DNA of 64,000 nt, taken from positions 1 to 64,000 of the forward strand of contig RSEE01000058.1 in assembly GCA_003971905.1 (NCBI GenBank), written 5' to 3'. Positions within the stretch are counted from its first letter, which is position 1; each line of letters begins with the position of its first letter. Position numbers and translations under genes: made by a program. The notes under the pieces were generated by a model. The model saw only the letters and a program-made list of their open reading frames with translations, ran no database searches and was not told the origin of the DNA. Below are positions 12,943 through 27,003 of this stretch, one piece after another. The DNA comes from Moniliella sp. 'wahieum' (taxonomy: Eukaryota).

Positions 12943-13667
12943 TCAACTGACTGTGCGAGAGGGACTTTCTTCCACGCCTGGCTCTTTTTGTGTCATCTTG
13001 AGGCGTGCGGAAGAAGCACAGAAAACGGGTGCTTGCGACTCATCACTCATCCGCCATCCCTGTGGCGCAAAACATCACATAAGGGGGGGGGCAGCGAGAG
13101 TCTCGCTTTGGGAAATATGAGAACTCCAAACGGGGATCTGATCCACCCTGCTTATAGCATGGAGAGCCTCCTTCGTATGCATCCGAGGTGCTGTGTAACA
13201 TGTAACCGGCGTATGATACTAGTAGTGGCTGGCCTTGAAAATGACCGAGCCCACAAGTAGGAGGCGGCTACTTGGGGGCCTGCTATATGCCTGCGTCAGC
13301 TGGGCAACGTTTGGTAGTGCAGAAAAATGAAAGTTAGTACAGTGGCAGTCGGCCTTTCCTCGGCCTTTGGCGGCGACTGGGGGGGATGAGTACGATGAGT
13401 GAGCAATGGATGGTTGTTGACGTGCACGGGGCACTGAGCACTGATAGTACGGAACACTGCCCAGTTGCGAGGGGGTATGACATTTGTTTGTTAGGGTTGG
13501 GGCCACTGTGCCCCGGTGCGCTACTTCCTCGGGGTTAATCGGCGCTTCCGGCCCGAGCGCGGTGGGCCAGGCGCGTCGTTGCCACCAGCTTGCTTCTGCT
13601 GCCCAGCGCTCCTGGGGACGGGGCGTCGCCACCACCACCACCACACTGCCTTCTGCTGCTGGTGCCC

Positions 13668-16600
13668 ATGCCGTCCGCCCGTGCGCTCCGCACTGCCCTC
13701 AACGTCCGCCCGGCCGGTGCGGCTGCTGCGTGTCTGCGCAGCTCAACCGCCGCCGCCGCCGCTGCCCGCCACCCTGGGGAGCCCAGGCTGCGCCTCACCC
13801 CACCTTGCCCTCCACCTCCACCAGCGCCTGACCCTGCGTCGGCGCGATGTTGCCTCTTCCACCGCACTCTATCCTCCTCCGCTGCCCCACCGCAAGCAGT
13901 GCCTGTCGATGTCCCCACGTCCAATGTACGTGCTTCGCGTGGCACGTCCCAAAGCAGTGGCCACAGTATGTCTTCTGTCCCGCTCCCTGTCCCGCCCCTT
14001 GTCGCAGGCACCTGTCCTAACATATGCCCTACCTTTCAGATCTACTGAGCGAGGTGCTAGAGGCTCGTCCGAAGCACCAAAGCGCGCTTCGGCCCATTTA
14101 CCTTGACTCGCAATCCACACGGCTCTCGACCCGCGCGTGCTGGACACGATGCTGCCCCTTTTGACCAACCGGTACGGCAACCCCCACTCGCGCACCCATG
14201 CGTATGGATGGGAGCTGAGGAGGCGGTGGAAACGGCGCGCAAGCACGTTGGTGCCCTCATCGGTGCGGACGCCAAGGAAATCATCTTTACGTCGGGCGCT
14301 ACGAGTCGAACAATTTGGCGCTCAAGGGCGCAGCTCACTTTTATGGTGCGAAAAAGAACCACATATCACGGTGCAAACCGAACATAAGTGTGTCTTGGAC
14401 TCGTGCCGCACGTTGCAGGAGGAAGGGTACGAGGTACCTATCTTCCTGTCCAGAGCAATGGTTTGATCCGTCTTGCCGACCTGGAAGCGGCGCTGCGGCC
14501 CACTACGGCCATTGTCTCGATCATGGCGGTCAACAATGAGATTGGTGTGATCCAGCCGCTCAAGGAGATTGGTCAGCTGCTCAAGACCAAGGGAGCGCAG
14601 CTGGCAAAGGAGGCGGGGCTAAGTGGCAAGCCGCTGTTCCATACGGACGCTGCCCAAGCGGTGGGGAAGATTGCGTTGGACGTGAATGAGATTGGGGCGG
14701 ATCTGGTGTCATGTCGTCGCACAAGATTTATGGTCCCAAGGGCATTGGCGCGATCTACATTCGTCGTCGACCCAGGGTGCGCTTGACGCCGATCATTTCG
14801 GGTGGAGGGCAGGAACGTGGATTGCGATCGGGCACGCTGGCGCCGGCAGGTGGCCGGGATGGGCGAGGCAGCGCGCCTGGCCAAGGCCGAGAGGGGAGTA
14901 CGACTATGCGCATGTGTGGCCTTGTCCAAACGGCTGCGGGAGCGGATCGAGAGCAAGGTGAGCCACGTGTTGTTCAATGGCGATGAGGGCGGTATCCGGG
15001 TGCGTCAACTTGACATTCCAATATGTCGAGGGCGAGTCGATGCTCATGGCTCAAGCGGGTCTGTCTCTCGTCCGGCTCGGCATGTACATCCGCCTCGTTG
15101 GAGCCGTCGTATGTGCTGCGTGCGCTGGGTCTGAACGATGAGAATGCGCACTCGTTGGCCTAGGGAGCCGGACGGGCAGAAGGATGAGGAGAAGGTGATG
15201 GATTGGAGCCAGAGTGGGTCTGGGTACAGAGGCATCTATATAGGAGGCTGGACTAGGCACAGGGACAGTGAGTCACACAGAGAGAGTGCAGGGCACAGGG
15301 ACAGTGACACGCAGGGACGTCAGCGTGGAAGCCGATGGAACGAGGCGAACCTGGTCTACGACTGGGAGCCAGAGGATCACAGTCAAACCCCGCTGGCCAG
15401 GGAACCGGAGACATCGGTTGTGGGATGAGCTCTGCCAGTGGATGTAGAGAGGGGAGGACTGAGTGGCAACCGGGAACGAATGGCCTGGAGTTGTGCATGG
15501 CCACACGACTGGCCTACACCCCCGCTGTCCAGGATGACACCTGAACGAGCCGAGCGCTTGTGGTTGGTGTATTGTGCGACCGCCAGATGCTTGTAGAAGT
15601 CTTAGAAGTAAAAGTAGTAGGGGTGCGCCCCGAAGCGATTTGGTGGGCAAAAGTAAAAAGCACCAGTTATAGGTGTAGTGAAAGAAAATTGGAAACTTGG
15701 AGTAAATGCGGTCCAAGGTCGTTTGGCATCAAAATTGGATGCGTTTGGTAGTTGTTTGGTTCCGCATGCCTGGTGCCAGTGGGGTCCATTGGGCATGGGA
15801 AATGAACGGGCGCTATGCGTCAACCGTCTTGATCTGTTGGGTTCTCTTGTTGTTGAAAAAGGAGTGGAAGAAGTTGGGTGACACCCCCCCCATCCTTTCC
15901 CCAGGTGCCCCGGATGAATGGCAATCCGGGGCGTGTAGCCGTGTGGGGCACTTGATGAGCAGCCACCCCCGCTTTCTGCGATTCGCCTGCGCCGTTTGTC
16001 GTTGGAGGAATTTCGTCTCGTTGACGATACCCGACACGTTTTGTTCCGTGTGTTGTCCCTAAAAATCATTGCCCCATCTGTGGGGGACGAGTGTGCCGAT
16101 TGTGGCGGTAGTATGCCGATTGTGGCGGTAGTATGCCGATTGTGGCGGTAGTATGCCGATTGTGGCGGTAAGGTGCCGATTGTGGCGGTGGTGTTGTTGC
16201 GGGAGGAGGCGGGTGTGTCTTGTGGGCTTGGCGGCTTAGCTTGGGCTTGTAGGCTTGGGGGTGGGCTTGCTTGAAGAGCGCTCCCCTTCCGGGGGGATCA
16301 GATTGTAGCTCGTTGGCCTAGGGAGCCGGACGGGCAGAAGGATGAGGAGAAGGTGATGGATTGGAGCCAGAGTTGGGTCTGGGTACAGAGGCATCTATAT
16401 AGGAGGGGACTAGGCACAGGGACAGTGAGTCACACAGGAGAGAGTGCAGGGCACAGGGACAGTGACACGCAGGGACGTCAGGTGGAAGCCGATGGAACCG
16501 AGGCGAACCTGGTCTACCGACTGGGAGCCAGAGGATCACAGTCAACACTCGTCGCTCCGGTTTGGCATGGGCCGGTTCACCACGACGGAGGAGGTGGACT

Positions 16601-16709
16601 TGTGGCGGACCAGATCATTACGGTGGTGGAGAAGTTGCGCGACATGTCGCCGTTGTGGGAGATGGTGCAGGAAGGGATTGACCTGGATTCCATCCAGTGG
16701 TCCGAGTGA
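13668..16709 (+). CDS. NFS1: Mitochondrial cysteine desulfurase Nfs1; intron 13926-14039; interrupted by an insertion at 15155-16545
   Basis: Arg/Ala/Ser-rich presequence, then [70 protein letters not shown] and [24 protein letters not shown]. After the insertion it resumes with [12 protein letters not shown]...[24 protein letters not shown]. Confidence 0.92.
15155..15386. repeat. Left terminal direct repeat (LTR)
   Basis: TTGGCCTAGGGAGCCGGACGGG...GGATCACAGTCAA, matching 16313-16545. Confidence 0.9.
16094..16189. repeat. 20-bp tandem repeat (TGCCGATTGTGGCGGTAGTA, ~5 copies) inside the element
   Basis: Directly visible. Confidence 0.9.
16313..16545. repeat. Right terminal direct repeat (LTR)
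   Basis: Matches 15155-15386 with only a few small differences. Confidence 0.9.
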
Positions 16710-17650
16710 TTTCAGCCCAGATTTTGTTTTGGCCCTGTTCTTCTACCTGCTCGAATCAAGGTGCATGTGTACCCGCGTGTGCGCTGAGATGGACATGACG
16801 TGTGTGACGATGAATAGATGTTGCAATTTGAGATGCCAGAGCGTTGTTTGCCAAAGCAATCCGTAGAAGGCGGTGTGGGCAGGGCAGGGCAGGGAAAAGG
16901 GTTAGAGTAGCAACCTTCTACGCATCGCCCTCGGATGGACCCACGGCAGGTGACGGCCCAGAGCGGGTTACCGGTTGCAGGTTGCCGGTTACTTGCATCG
17001 CATGAGCGTCGGCAGCGTTGGCCAGCGCGGTGCTGCGCAGCAAGCGGAGGCATGGTCGATGGCCACCTAGCAATACACGCGATCGCACCGCATCGAAGCC
17101 GCTCTGCATCGCAGCGCATAAGCGAATATACCACTTGCGCTAGCCTGCGCTGCTAAGCGCTAACCCTTGCCCCTGGCCCGGCACAGCGCCAGAGAGATGC
17201 ACTGGCTGCATCGACACTGGACAAGTGCCGAGCGACGCTAGCGACAGGAGCCAGTGCCGCAGACCGTCTGTGTACACTGATCCGTCGCAAGTGGAACGGG
17301 GCCAGTGTCGCCGCGCTGCAGGCCCTGGCGTACAGCCGAGATCTAGCTTAATTTATGCCCCCCCCAGTGCTTCGATATCCAGCCCCAGCTCCCAAGCGAA
17401 AGGCTTGGCCCATTCAGCAGCTGCCCTCGCTTCCCCCCCACCACCACCACTCTCTATCCCACCCTCGCGCATTCGCTCCCCCTCCCTCGCCTCCACCTCG
17501 CTTTCCACAGCTCCACACCCGACGCCTCTCTTTCCGTCCCCCCACTGGTCTCTTCTCACTATAGCATAGCACGTGAGTCGCCTCTGCTAGCCGGCCTGAC
17601 TTTCATTCATGCATGCATGCGTACTAACCAACCCTTTTTTGTGACAGATC

Positions 17651-18649
17651 ATGTCTCCATCCCCCACCGACTCTGCAACACCGCGCTCCCAGCGGTCCAC
17701 CACCCCATTAATACCCCCGCCTGAGCCCGCGCGTACTCCCGGTGCCCCATCATTATTCTCAAAGCATGTAGCCCAAACGAAGGAAAAGCTATCGCCGAAG
17801 AAGGCCTCAGGTCTATTCAAGCGCTTTACTCGTAATATTACGTCCAGGATGCCTGGTCAGAAGAAAAAGAAGGCACCTGTCGTTGTTGTTGCTTCCGATG
17901 TTGGTGAAGCGGACGAGCATTTCCATCTTTCTGAAGCGCCACCCCTGCAAAAAAAAAGTTAGAGCCACGGCCAGCTGGGTACCCTCCCAAACCAGGTGCC
18001 CGGAGTATAAGCCGCCGGTTGTACAGTATCCGCCCCCGCCCGGAGAACCATTAGATGGGCCCGTTCGTCCTGCCAAGACAGAAAGCAAGGCAGATGATCT
18101 CCCAGCAGCAGCGAGAGAGGTCCCTATCGACACCCCAAGCCCCGCATCCGCACGCCCAAAATTGTCTTGGCCGTCTTGAAACGCATCAAGAGGGGTAAAA
18201 AGGATCCCAAGAAAACTGGTAAGGCCGCCTCAACCCCAAAGGGAACCGAGGCTAAGGCCGAAACCAAGGCCGAGACCAAAGCACAGACCAAGGAAAAGAC
18301 CAAGGAAAAGGCAAAGACATCAGATACCAAGGCATCAAAGACCAAGGCATCAAAGACCAAGTCATCAAAGACCAAGTCAAAGGCCAAGACAGCAAAGACC
18401 AGGCCAAAGACCAAAGGAAACGAATCCGAGACATCAAAGACCAAAGGAGATGAACCCAAGACAGAAGAACCCGAGACAGAAGAAAAAGCCAAAGAATCGG
18501 GAGCCGAGGATTTTGCAGATGCGATCACGAGTCTTCCCGACGAGGACAGTCCTACTGAAGGGGAAGGCATATCTGAAGAAAAGGGCAAGTCTGAGCAGGA
18601 GGGAATGTCGGAAGAGAGAAAGCCTGAGCAGGAGGAACCCAAAGCCTAG
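17651..18649 (+). CDS. Hypothetical charged low-complexity protein (Lys/Thr-rich then Glu-rich), frameshifted
   Basis: Three consecutive plus-strand ORFs (17651-17962, 17883-18179, 18167-18649) with protein-like bias: KTKAS repeats and an acidic tail. No family recognised. Confidence 0.5.
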
Positions 18650-19723
18650 ATCGATCAGAACGATGAGGCTGATTATCGTAGCCTGTCGAGACTTGACAGG
18701 CTCTGTCTCGTTTGTATATACCGTTTCACCACTCATGCACAGCATTCTCTACTTTGAGTGATTATGTCGTGTGCGGCATATCCTTGATCCAATCATTCTC
18801 ACCCCTGTTACACCAATTGGCCCAACATGTACATCACTACGAGGGGCCCCATACCCAGTCCCAATTGTGCTCCTTCATTATATGAGTAACTGATTCCCCC
18901 TTCTCTCCCCTTATTCTTTGCTATTCGATGTTCATCATCCCTGTGTCCATGGCTATAATTGCGTTTCGTCTCCCGTATGTCCACGCGTGGTCTGGAAGCC
19001 ACAGTCACGTACAATAATTCTCATCCTTACGTTCCTTTCTGGCGTTCTCTCTATCGGCTGGTGGTGAAGTTCCGAGGTATTTGTGGCTATAGGAATAGTA
19101 CACCGAACCTGCTTCTTGGATGAACCTATGCTTCTTTCCCCTCTCTACGAGCTTGCCATTTGTCGCATGGCAGGCCTTGTAGCAAGGTGCCAGGCTCGCA
19201 TCTGTTGGCCGTTAGTCCAGTAATAGAGCGATACGGTATCAGAGGAGATGGAGTGGCAGTCAGTGGGAGTGAACAAATTCAATGAGGGTGTGCGCACGGA
19301 AGCAGCTATTAGCATTACTGTGGAGGCGAACAAGGCAGGAGGGGAAGAAGTGGTGGTGATGGAATCAGGGGAAGGCAGCCCGGACGCACAACAGGGAGGG
19401 GCAGAAGAGAGAGGCGGCCCCCACACTCACAATTACAATGAGAGACCGGTTTGCCCCACATCCTCTCTGACCTTAGGCCTGAACAATGCGTAAGGCCAAA
19501 AAGGTTTAGAGATATCCAATGGATACTATGAAGCTCACCCGTCGAATACCCTCTGTGTTTGCAGGAAAGATGAATTGAATCAGAAGGCAGGCAAGGGCGT
19601 ACGCGTGTTATTACTACGCCCCGAGAGTGAGTGGAATACAAAGAATGAGAGCAGCCAAGGAGGAATGGAAGGGGCAAGGGAGAAGTGGGGATGGGGGTAG
19701 GTTGGGGGGGAGGTGGGTCTGCT

Positions 19724-22084
<2,361 letters not shown>

Positions 22085-22335
22085 CGTGCTGGGGGGGGCG
22101 CGTGTGGAGGAGAGACGGGATGGAGGCGGATGGGAAGACGGGTCGTCAGCAGCAGCACGGGCCACGCGCCCTTATTATACGCTCCACCCGCCTCCCGACG
22201 GCACCTGAAAATTTGGTCTCGGGCCGCGCCGCCTGTCCTACGTCACTCCGTCGGCACAGCGCCTGTGTCGCAGCGGATTGTCCGCCTCAGCGCCCCAGCG
22301 CCCCAGCGCCCCAGCCTCAGCCGCCACCTCGACAC

Positions 22336-22348
22336 TTCCTGAATGTTC
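22336..22348. promoter_or_regulatory. Perfect three-unit heat-shock element upstream of SSE1
   Basis: TTCctGAAtgTTC (nTTCnnGAAnnTTCn) about 250 bp upstream of the Hsp110 start. A TATA-like TATAATAAG is on the minus strand near 22171-22179. Confidence 0.7.
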
Positions 22349-22757
22349 GGTCTCCTTCGCCCCCGAACCACGACGTTTCAAATTGCAGTGACATGTGACA
22401 CCTGAATGGCCCGCCGCACGTGATGGACGTCACGTGCCATCACCCGCCCGCACTGAACCTCAGCCATGTGCATGCCGGTGCCATTGGGCTAAGGCTGCCT
22501 AGGGAGGCCCACCGAGGTAGGCTCCCGTGCGCGCAGCGCTCACGCCGCTCCGCGGTCCGTAAACTGTGCGTATGTAACCTGTGTATTTCTACCTCGATGG
22601 GTCGGGGAAGCAACCAGCGCAGGTCACCTGGGCAACATAGAGGGCACGATCAGATCAGTTGCATGTAGAGTACACGGGAAAGTGGGCGTCGGTGCAGCCT
22701 CCCAGGCGCCAAGAGGAAGAAGGGGACAAATGTGGGCGCGCAGCACGATGAGAGCAC

Positions 22758-23632
22758 TTAAATGTTGGCCAACAGGTCCTGCAGCAGCTCCGTCTTGTCC
22801 TTGCCCGAATTCTTCTTGACCCATGCGTTCATCTTGGGGTCCTTGTATGCCTTCGACGGGGGCGGTACCTCGATTGGCCAGAGGAACTGGGACACTGCCT
22901 TAAAGTTCTCCCCAACCGTCGCCAGTTCATGGACAATGTCGTCGACCGAGAGGATACCGAGCTCGCCAAGGTGTTGCTCGATGAGTGCATTGTCGGCAAT
23001 GGGGACTTTGGTTGTCTCTTCCCCCTGGCCAATGCGGGCATGACCACGTTTGTAGATCAAGTCGCGGATCGTCTTAGTACTGGGTTCGCCAAACGCCACA
23101 TAGGGCGCCACGACTGCCAACATCGTAGCGGTCGCCGGGGTGAGACGGATAAACACGCCTGTCCAAGCACGCGTCAGGCGCAGCATCTGGAGCACTTGCT
23201 TGGGCTTGGTTGCAGGTCGTGTCCGTCCCACATCCTGCCGCACCACGAACACACACGTCGGGGTGTCGGGAACAGCAATGACAGAACCGGCGCCCTTGGT
23301 AGCCAGCCTGCGCAACCGCACCTGTTCCCGTCCTTGGCGACGCGCCTCGTCAACAAACGTCTCGGCACGCTTGAACGCGTCCTTGCGCTCGCGCTGCTTA
23401 CGCTTCTGCTTCTGCTCGTTTTCAACCCGAGGAAAGAGTATGGTCAGCAAGCTGGTTTCCTCCTGCTCGGGGCATATCAAGGCCAAACGATAGGCAGGGG
23501 CAAGTACGCACAGTTTGGATGCTGCGGCGCTTGACAATGGCCTCGCGCTTGGCAGCATCCACCTTGCGGGCGACGAAGGAACGTCTCGGGGTCAGCGAGG
23601 TGAGCGTCGGGAACGGCAGAAGGGTCGGACAT
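22758..23632 (-). CDS. RLP7: Ribosome biogenesis protein Rlp7 (uL30/L7-like)
   Basis: DPETFLRR, FKRAETFV, KQVLQMLRL..TGVFIRL, VAPYVAFGEPS..IRDLIYKRG, DNALIEQHLG..GILSVDDIVHE, FLWP. It is more divergent than true RPL7. Probable intron near 23430-23510. Confidence 0.8.
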
Positions 23633-26600
23633 TGTCAGAGGATTGGTGGAGAGAGCAGGACAGTGCCGTGAGGATCCCATCCAATCTACTGCGACCGGGC
23701 AAAAAAAAAATGGCAGGATGACCTAATCAGCAGTATTTTCCGGCCAAAATGGATTCCGCTCTTCAAGTTTAAGCTTTAAGCTTTAAGTTTCATCGGTCAC
23801 GTGCGAGTGATGAAATTTGCATTTTGAAAGCTGCGACTTGCCTGTTGCGATCGGATGAATATCAAGCTTCCACGTTGCAGCGCCATGTACCACGCCCAAA
23901 TTGAACATTCAGTTGCAAGAGCTCGTGCAGCTGCAGCCACAGAAGACGCGGTAGGGTTGGGCGGCGTCGGACCAGTGTGCTGCTGGTATGCCGCATTTAC
24001 AACAACTACGTGCCGCGGAAAGCCGCGGATGGCTGCGGGGATACATGCTACACAGCTCTGCAATACAGCCTGCTATACGGCTTGCTATGGCTTCGTATTC
24101 CATTCGGATCTCGTGGCCGTTGCACGACGAACGCCTAATAGCGCGCAAAGGAGAGCGGAGCGCGTGGGAATGGAGGCTCGGCTGGGCGCAGACGGTGGGG
24201 CACACGAACCGAGGATTAGAATGTCTGAGCCCTACTGAGTCACTAGTCGCTCTATAGGCACTGGTACTGCCCATCGTTCTAATTCGTCGACACCAATCGA
24301 CGAGGAGACCTATGCTCGAGCCGAGCTTTTGATGAGACCCCTCGGTCCCTTCTGAATTCCAGCGATGCCAGCAAAGAGATTTGCAACAGAAATCGCCAGA
24401 TGTGGAGTGAGTGCTATCGATTGCTGGCTCCGGGCGAGGCCAGAGTGTGGCACACACGGTGTAGTGGTGCTAGTAGCCCAAACCGGGAACCTCCCGGTTC
24501 ATTCCTTCCAACATTCCTTCCTGGAGAGCAGGAATATGGTCTTCTACAATCAAAGAGGAGCAGAGGATGGAGAAGATGGCGGGTGGGGAGAGAAGAGAAA
24601 ACAGAAAGGGAGACCAGTATAAGAACACCTCCATAAACTATAGGTTCCTCAGTCTCTCGACAGGGAGGGCGAGTCGTCTTCGATGTCATCGATCATCTGC
24701 ATCCGATGGATCCGATGGGAGCAGCAGGAGGCCCGCCGGCCTTCTCATTGGGGTCAACCAGTCACACGACCCGTCGCAATGCTCTGCCAAGCCTCGCGCT
24801 CAGCGAGGGCTGAGCTCAGCCTGAGGGCCTGAGGTGAGGTTCAGGGCCCAGACTGAGCTGAGCGGCTGAGCGCACGCTGAGCGCGATTTAAGATCTAACG
24901 ATCTAACGCGCGACGCGTAACGTGTAACGCCTAGAGCCTCAAGCCACAGGGCCTGCGTGTGGCACTCTGGTTTGCGGACTTCCGGGGTTGATGCATGATG
25001 TATGATGCATGATGCATGATGTCGCAGATGGCACCCGAGAGGCTTGAGCTTGACGCGTGAGCGTCACCACAGTGAGCCAGTGACGACGAGCGCTGAGCTC
25101 ACCGGTGAAGCTGTGTGGGGGCACACGAGGCGCATGTACGACGGACCGGGCCGGTGGCAGTGTGGGGTGGGGTGGCGGCATGGCAATGTTCAACGTTTCA
25201 GCGTTCTCGATGAGCCAGAGTAGAGGCAGGCATCGCAAGAGCAGTCAAGCGACGGTGGCGACACGCTTGCGGCACCAAGCGTTCAACTCTACCCGTCGAC
25301 GTGGCAGTGCCTACTTCGACAAGGTTCGGGGATCGAAATGATCGGATCGGTTGCCCGCGAAACCATCGCGTGCAATTGGTGACGAGGGGCTGGTGACTAG
25401 GTGCCTGGGCTACTATATAGGACGAGGGGCATGCCAAGAGTGCTTCGTGACGAAGCGACTACTGTGAGTCGTGACTAGTTGCTAGTGACGAGTCCATGTG
25501 ACATGTGATGGCGCCTCCATCGAGGGCACAGTGGCGAGTGGCTGCTCGGCGGGGCAGTTTGGGCTGTGCGGCCGTAAGATCGTAGGAGATCTGAGATCTA
25601 AAACGTACACGATGCCACGGCCAGGCTCCTCTCCGATCTCCCTCTTCCGTACCTTCGGTTCACCATCCACATCCACAGAGACGGTGCAGATGTTGATCGT
25701 CATTCATCAATCAGCGCCGAGACTCGACTCAGCCGTCGGCAATGCACGTGATTGTGAGAGGGAAGAGAGGGAGAAGGGTGACCGGGTGGAGGCGGGAGAG
25801 AGAAAAGGACAGATATCGCGATAGAGAGGGGCGCAGAAGTTATGAGAGGCGAATAAGGGGTATCGATGCATCGACTTATCTATGGCGTGCTTGTAGCCGG
25901 GACCGGCGGGACGACAGTACCCACACAAAAGCGCTTGGGAACCCATGACAAACACAGCGAGACATTCCCCGTCTCAAAAGCAAAACCATCAGCACAGCGT
26001 AGATTATTATTCCGCCCACGTCGGTCGTGTGTTGGTTCACGGATTGTTGGAAAGGCAGGAGCAGAATGAGGAATGAGGAATGAGGAAAGAGTGGGATGGG
26101 CTTTGTGGATAGCTATCTGTCTGGATGGCCGTATACGGCATGAACTATACGGTGCGGCGTTTGCGCTGTAGTCACTATATTATCAAACACAGGCAAGTGT
26201 GTGATGCGATTGAGCACGTCGCCATCGGCCGAAGTAGGCGGTTCGTGCGTTGATCGATGACGAAGAAGTCGATGAAGCTTGAAGCCGAAAGCATGGAGCC
26301 CCAGTCGATGAAAAGGTAATCAAACCGTAGGCCTTAGCACACAGGCGATCAATCAGTCTCTAGCCCGACTGCCCACAAAAGCATTATTTCTTCCTGCTGG
26401 TCCTGTTCTGGAATCAGGGATAGGCGGGGCGGCAGCAGCGGCTCAAGGCCAGGGACTAGTGACTAGGGAGTAGGGAGCATGCTTCCCTCCCTGATGGAGG
26501 GACCGCGGCTGCCAGCTGGCACATGTCATAAGAGAGATCCCTACACTGTCGCGCAGAAGGGAGGAGCTCACCCCAGCGCGGTAAGACCCTGGCGAAGGGG

Positions 26601-27003
26601 CAGTCCGCCGTGGGTTCCTCGAGTGTTCAGTCTCCTCTCCCGTCTGATGGATGATCCGCCGAACGGCCCTGGGTAGGCCACTGCCCTCTGCTGTGTCGGC
26701 GGGCGAGGCAGTGCGCCTATGGCAGAGCCAATTGGGGGAGTGCGTTGGGGCAATGCTTGTAGGGAAGAGGCGCGTTCGCTTCGCTGGCCCATCCCTGCCG
26801 CACGCATCTGCGCGGCCATCGTCTGGTTCGCACGCATTCTGCTCGCCCAGTGCCGCCCCCTGCCGTGTTCCCCCCTCTCTTTGTCGTGGCCCGCTCTGCT
26901 CCTCCTGCCACTTGTGGGGGTTGAGGCTCCAGGCTCAACACGCGTGTCCAGCCTGCCTGTGAGTGCGGGTGCTGGCGCTGCGTCCAACCCTCCCCCGTTG
27001 CAC

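Larger units (their letters stand above)
15155..16545 (-). mobile_element. Non-autonomous LTR-retrotransposon-like element (~1.39 kb, TRIM-like or internally deleted) inserted in NFS1
   Basis: Two near-identical ~232-bp direct repeats, flanked by the duplicated host sequence CACTCG (15149-15154 and 16546-16551). No pol ORF. Orientation is tentative, based on the TATA and a Gag-like remnant on the minus strand. Confidence 0.85.

Noticed and set aside
16094..16189. CRISPR-like array
   Set aside because: Head-to-tail repeats without unique spacers, in a eukaryotic context with no cas genes.
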